From assembly GCA_002269645.1 (NCBI GenBank), contig NIVC01000575.1, positions 124,001 to 188,000 on the forward strand: 64,000 bases of DNA. The letters run 5' to 3'. How positions within the stretch are numbered: position 1 is the first letter of the stretch; each line of letters opens with the position of its first letter. Below, piece by piece: positions 60,001-64,000 of the stretch. The notes beneath the pieces were generated by a model. It was not told the DNA's origin, ran no database searches, and worked only from the letters and a program-made list of their open reading frames with translations. This DNA comes from Macrostomum lignano (lineage: Eukaryota). Made by a program: the position numbers and the translations under genes.

Positions 60001-60399
60001 AACGGTATGAGTGGCCACGATGGCCATGATCGTGTGCCTGGCTAGATTACAAATACGAGCAATATTATTTTTCGCAATCCATTTAGTTTTCAACGATAGG
60101 CTAGATTTCCTACTATTAAGTAGACAGAAGTGCAAAACGCAGCCAGTTTTGACTGTGCACTGTTAGACAAGCGTGAACCACAAATCCACTAAGTGCCAAT
60201 CGATATCAAGCCAATCGATAGCCCTGACAGAGTCACTCGCGCACTGTCCCACTGACCCTAACGCTCTGTCGGCCCCATTAGCAAACTGTAGCGAATCAAT
60301 TGACTTTCCGATTTCAAATGTCACTCGAAACTTCCAGAGTACTTTGCTGTACTGTGGGAAAATGTATTTATTTAGCAGTTTGGGAGAGTCTCTGCTAGA

Positions 60400-63300
60400 A
60401 CTCAGATAGAATCGTGAGAGTCTCGTGTCCCTGAGGTACCTGGCGAGCAGCGGGATGCTCTCGGGCCTGCAAACGTCGGAGAGAACCGGGTTTGGCCCGA
60501 GGTGAGTGAGCCTGGCCCTGGTGAAAACCGGGCAGTGGCAGATAAAATGCTCGGTGTTTTCACTGCCTGAGCGGCAGAAGGGGCACCGCTTCTCGGGTAC
60601 TTGGCCCTGAAGGAAACGGTGGCGAGAGAAGCAGCCATGCCCGGAGAGGGTCATGCTGACTGCTCTGAGGTCTCTGCGGTTGAGCCTGAGGAGGGCTCTA
60701 CGCAGGAGAGGAGAGGGGCAGGGGACGGCCGCACGGGATTGCCTACAATTCCGGGTGTCGTGCCACCTGCGGAGATGCTCGGAGTCAGTCGAGCGCTTAA
60801 CGCGGGAGTTGATCACCGAGGCGGGGATGGGGACTCCCGGGCCCGGCCCTAGCAGCGCGCAGGCAGAGCCAGCATTGGCCAGCAGGTCAGCGCGCTCGTT
60901 GCCGAGGAAACCGGCGTGGCCCTGGATCCATCTGAGCTCCACCTGGTTGCCTAGCGCAAGCCCGTTGAGCTGGTTGTTGCAGTCCAGGACGGACCTGGAG
61001 CTGGTGGTGCTGCGGCAGAGGGCCCGAAGGGCTGCTTGGTTGTCAGAGTGAAAAATTAATTTCCGACCGCTAAGCTGCCTTCGGCGCAGCTCTGCCGCGC
61101 AGGAGCTGATGGCAAGCACCTCGCTCTGAAAAACACTAGAGTTGGGCCCAGTGCGCTGGGAGTAGCTCCACACCACTTCTCCCTTGAAGAAGACGCACGC
61201 TCCGAAGCCTGAAAGACCATGCCTCATAGAGCTGGCAGTGTAACAGTGGACTTCAGAATCGCTCCAGCTGTCAATCGCCTCGTGTCGAGGCTGAATAGTG
61301 ACCTTATACCTTTGGCTCAGGAGAAGGGTGGCTGGGATCGAGTCCGTGAGGATGTTGAGCCCGCCACACTCCTCGAGAGCCTTGAGGCAGAGGTCAGAGT
61401 GCGGGATAAGCGACAGCTTCTTAAAGGCCCGCACTTTCTTGAAGGCCACCCCAGCATCCAGAAGACGCCGGGTGCTCTTCGCCGCCTCTCCTTTGATATA
61501 AATATCCAGAGGAGGGGCACAGAGGAAGGCATTCATGCCTTCAAAAGGAGTAGAGGGTGGAGCGCCCATAGTCATGCGGCAGGCTCTGCCCTGGATTTTG
61601 TAGAGAGCGTCGAGGTTGCTCTTGACGCTCAGGCCGCTGGCCCACACGAGGCTGGCGTAACTGATCGAGGGGCGGATGATGGCAGTGTAAATCCACCACA
61701 GCTTCCTGGGGGTGAGCCCCCAGGTGGTGCCCACGGCGCGCCTGATCTGGGCCAGGACAGCCAGGGCTTTTTTGGCTTTAGTTTGAATGTGCGGAGTCCA
61801 GTTAAGCCTGAGGTCCAGAGTGAGGCCCAGGCAGCGGACCTGCTTCTCCATGGAAATGTTCTTTCCATAGAGGGTGAGGGGCTTAATGGTCCAGAGCAGT
61901 TTGTTGGTAAACATGACCGCTGTGGTTTTCGGCTCTGAGAGTCTAAGGCCACATTGGTTTGCCCAACGCTCCGCTCGTCCCAGAAAGCCCTGCAGAAGAT
62001 CTCTGATGGTATCAACCGAGAGGCCCGCGCATATCGCGGTCACATCGTCGACATAGCCCACCTTGAGAATGGGGTCGTGGAGATCACTGCAAAGCAGCTC
62101 ATCCATGACCATGTTCCAGAGAGCGGGGGTGAGAACTCCGCCCTGGGGGCCCCCTTTCTGGACAGGCACCGAAAGAGAGCTGCCGTTCAGGTGGGCCACA
62201 ACAGTGCGGTTTTTGGATCATGAACATGATCCACCGGACAAGGTGGGGGTGCGTGACCCTGGATTCCAGGGCTCTGCAAAAGGCCTCGAAAATGATGTTG
62301 TCGAAGGCCCCCTCAATATCCAGGAATAGCGAGAGGGCAAAGCCGCTGCCAAGAACGGCCCTCTCCAGGAAGTCAACAATGACATGGAGGGCACTCTCGG
62401 TTGACCTGCCCGCGCGGAAGGCGTGCTGGTTCTGCGAGAGTGGGAAGCGCTTCAGCTCGACCGAAAGTAGGCGCCAAAGCACCAGTCTCTCGAGGAGCTT
62501 AAGGCAGAAAGAGGTGAGGCTGATAGGCCTGAAGGCCTTCACCGATTGGTAGACGCTCTTTCCCGGCTTGGGGATAAAGATCACCCGGGCCTCTCTCCAC
62601 GCAACTGGTACATAGCCCAGCTCCACACAAGCTCGAAGGAGACGACAGAGCAGGTCCAGGAAGCGGTGGTTTTTCACCGCCTCGTGCAAGAACGCTGGGT
62701 AGATGCCGTCGGGCCCAGGCGCCTTGAACGGGTTAAAGGACCTTGCCGCTCTAATAATGCGGTCTTTGGTGATCATAGACTTTGCTAGGCCTTGCCCTCC
62801 CACGGTGTGATCAGGCGGGCCTTGCTGAGTCGGAGATTTAGGGCAGAAACTGTTGAGCATTAGCTATAGAGTCTCTTCAGAGCTCTCTGTGACCGAGCCA
62901 TCAGGTCTCTTCACAACAGAGAGTTTAGAAAAACGGTCATTAGTGAGTGCCTTAACCACGCGGGCTACGGGGCGAGAGCCCTCAAGCCCTTCGCAGTATT
63001 GGCGCCACTTGGCCGTCTTGGCCCTTCTGACTTGGCCCTTAAACTCGTGGATCGCACGGGTATAGGCCTCTCTGTCAGATGAGTCTTTGGTTTTGAGCGC
63101 TCGCCTTTGGAGGGTCCTGGCTCGGCGCCGAAGGGCCCCGAGCTCTGGGTTCCACCAGGGAGCAGATTTCTTGCCTTTGTAGGCTTTTAGAGGGCAGGCT
63201 GCTTCAAAGGCAGTGGTGATCGCCCCGCCCAGGTAGGAGGCGAGATCATCCACCACCTGGCAGTCAGAGAGGTCACTGGGGGGGGTCAAGATCCCGAAGG

Positions 63301-64000
63301 CCGCGGCTCAGCTTCGAGCCAAAGGCGGCCCAATCGGTATTCCTGACGTTCCGACTCCAAGTGACCTTAGGCTTTTGCTTGGTCGGCCCAATGCAAAAGC
63401 GGATAAAGCGGTGGTCCGAGAGCGAGTCCTCGTCCCACACTCGCCAGCCCGTAACTGCGGAAAGCAGTCCGGGTGAGGCGATGGTGGTGTTGATGACTTC
63501 GGCCCACCGCCCATTATTGAACGTTGGTGCATTGCCCACCTTACAGAAATTGAGTTTTGTGCTGCTGACATAGGCCAGCAGCTCCTCGCCTCTGTTATTG
63601 GTGTTCCTGCTGCCCCAATGCAGGTGGTGTGCGTTAACATTCCCTGCAATGAGCAGCTCGAACCGACGGGACGCGGCATAGTCAATGAGGTTGACTAGTG
63701 CGTCGCAGACTACTGGGGCATCGCCTGGGAAATAGGCAGATGCTACCAGCACAGGTTGATTCGGAATGAGGTTATTGATTTGAACAACACAGATGTCCCC
63801 AGTCGAGAGATCAGGTCTCATCCATGCCTCAAAAGCTTTTGCAGCAAAGACCAGAGATCTTGGGCGAGGCTGAGATTCCGCCATGCAAAAACAGTGGTAG
63901 CCAGATGGCCCATTATTTGGCTTACCTTTGGTCATCCAGGGCTCCTGCACGAAGACCAGGCCCGGAAGCTGTTGCTCTGTCGTGCGCATCAGGTTGACTG
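60400..64000 (-). mobile_element. Decayed non-LTR retrotransposon ORF2 (APE endonuclease - RT - RNase H - C-terminal CCHC), I/LOA/R1-group-like; 5' end outside the window
   Basis: EN: VQEPW, GNVNAHH..WGS..TNNRGE, SDHRFI. RT: KAPGPDG, FRPISL, QHAFRAGRST, FLDIEGAFDN, GPQGGVL, YVDD. RNase H: EVLAI, SDNQAAL, GHAGFLGNERADLLA. Zn finger: CPFC..ENTEHFICHCP. Interrupted by +1 shifts at the G8 run 63278-63285 and the T5 run 62210-62214, and by an in-frame TAG at 62866-62864. Confidence 0.95.

Noticed and set aside
60163-60400. C-terminal extension of the 678-aa retrotransposon ORF
   Set aside because: Homology-like sequence ends soon after the CCHC motif (~60410); the remainder looks like read-through into flanking DNA.

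Overview
Eukaryotic, intron-containing animal genomic DNA. GC-rich exons, GT-AG introns packed with minisatellites and acceptor sites close to start codons suggest a free-living flatworm such as Macrostomum; that is an inference and is not verified. Hand-built gene models, in order: the last exon of a PH-domain protein; a three-Ig-I-set muscle-type gene; S-formylglutathione hydrolase/esterase D (3 exons, minus); a URB2-like ORF ending about 220 bp upstream of ESD; an intronless membrane-anchored protein with two tandem METTL24-like methyltransferase domains; ATAD1/Msp1 (3 exons); an atypical rhodopsin-class GPCR (3 exons, minus) head-to-head with an RGS9BP/R9AP-like gene; and the start of a probably lipid-anchored (MGSCVC) protein gene. 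Mobile DNA: a decayed EN-RT-RNaseH non-LTR retrotransposon running off the right edge, two tRNA-derived SINEs and several MITE/foldback remnants. There are more than 30 tandem arrays. No CRISPR-Cas or prokaryotic system is present, and most long ORFs in the track are repeat artefacts. Best leads: the dual-domain luminal methyltransferase, a candidate URB2-ESD operon with trans-splice-like acceptors, and a palindromic repeat/unique-spacer array at 19.15-19.55 kb.
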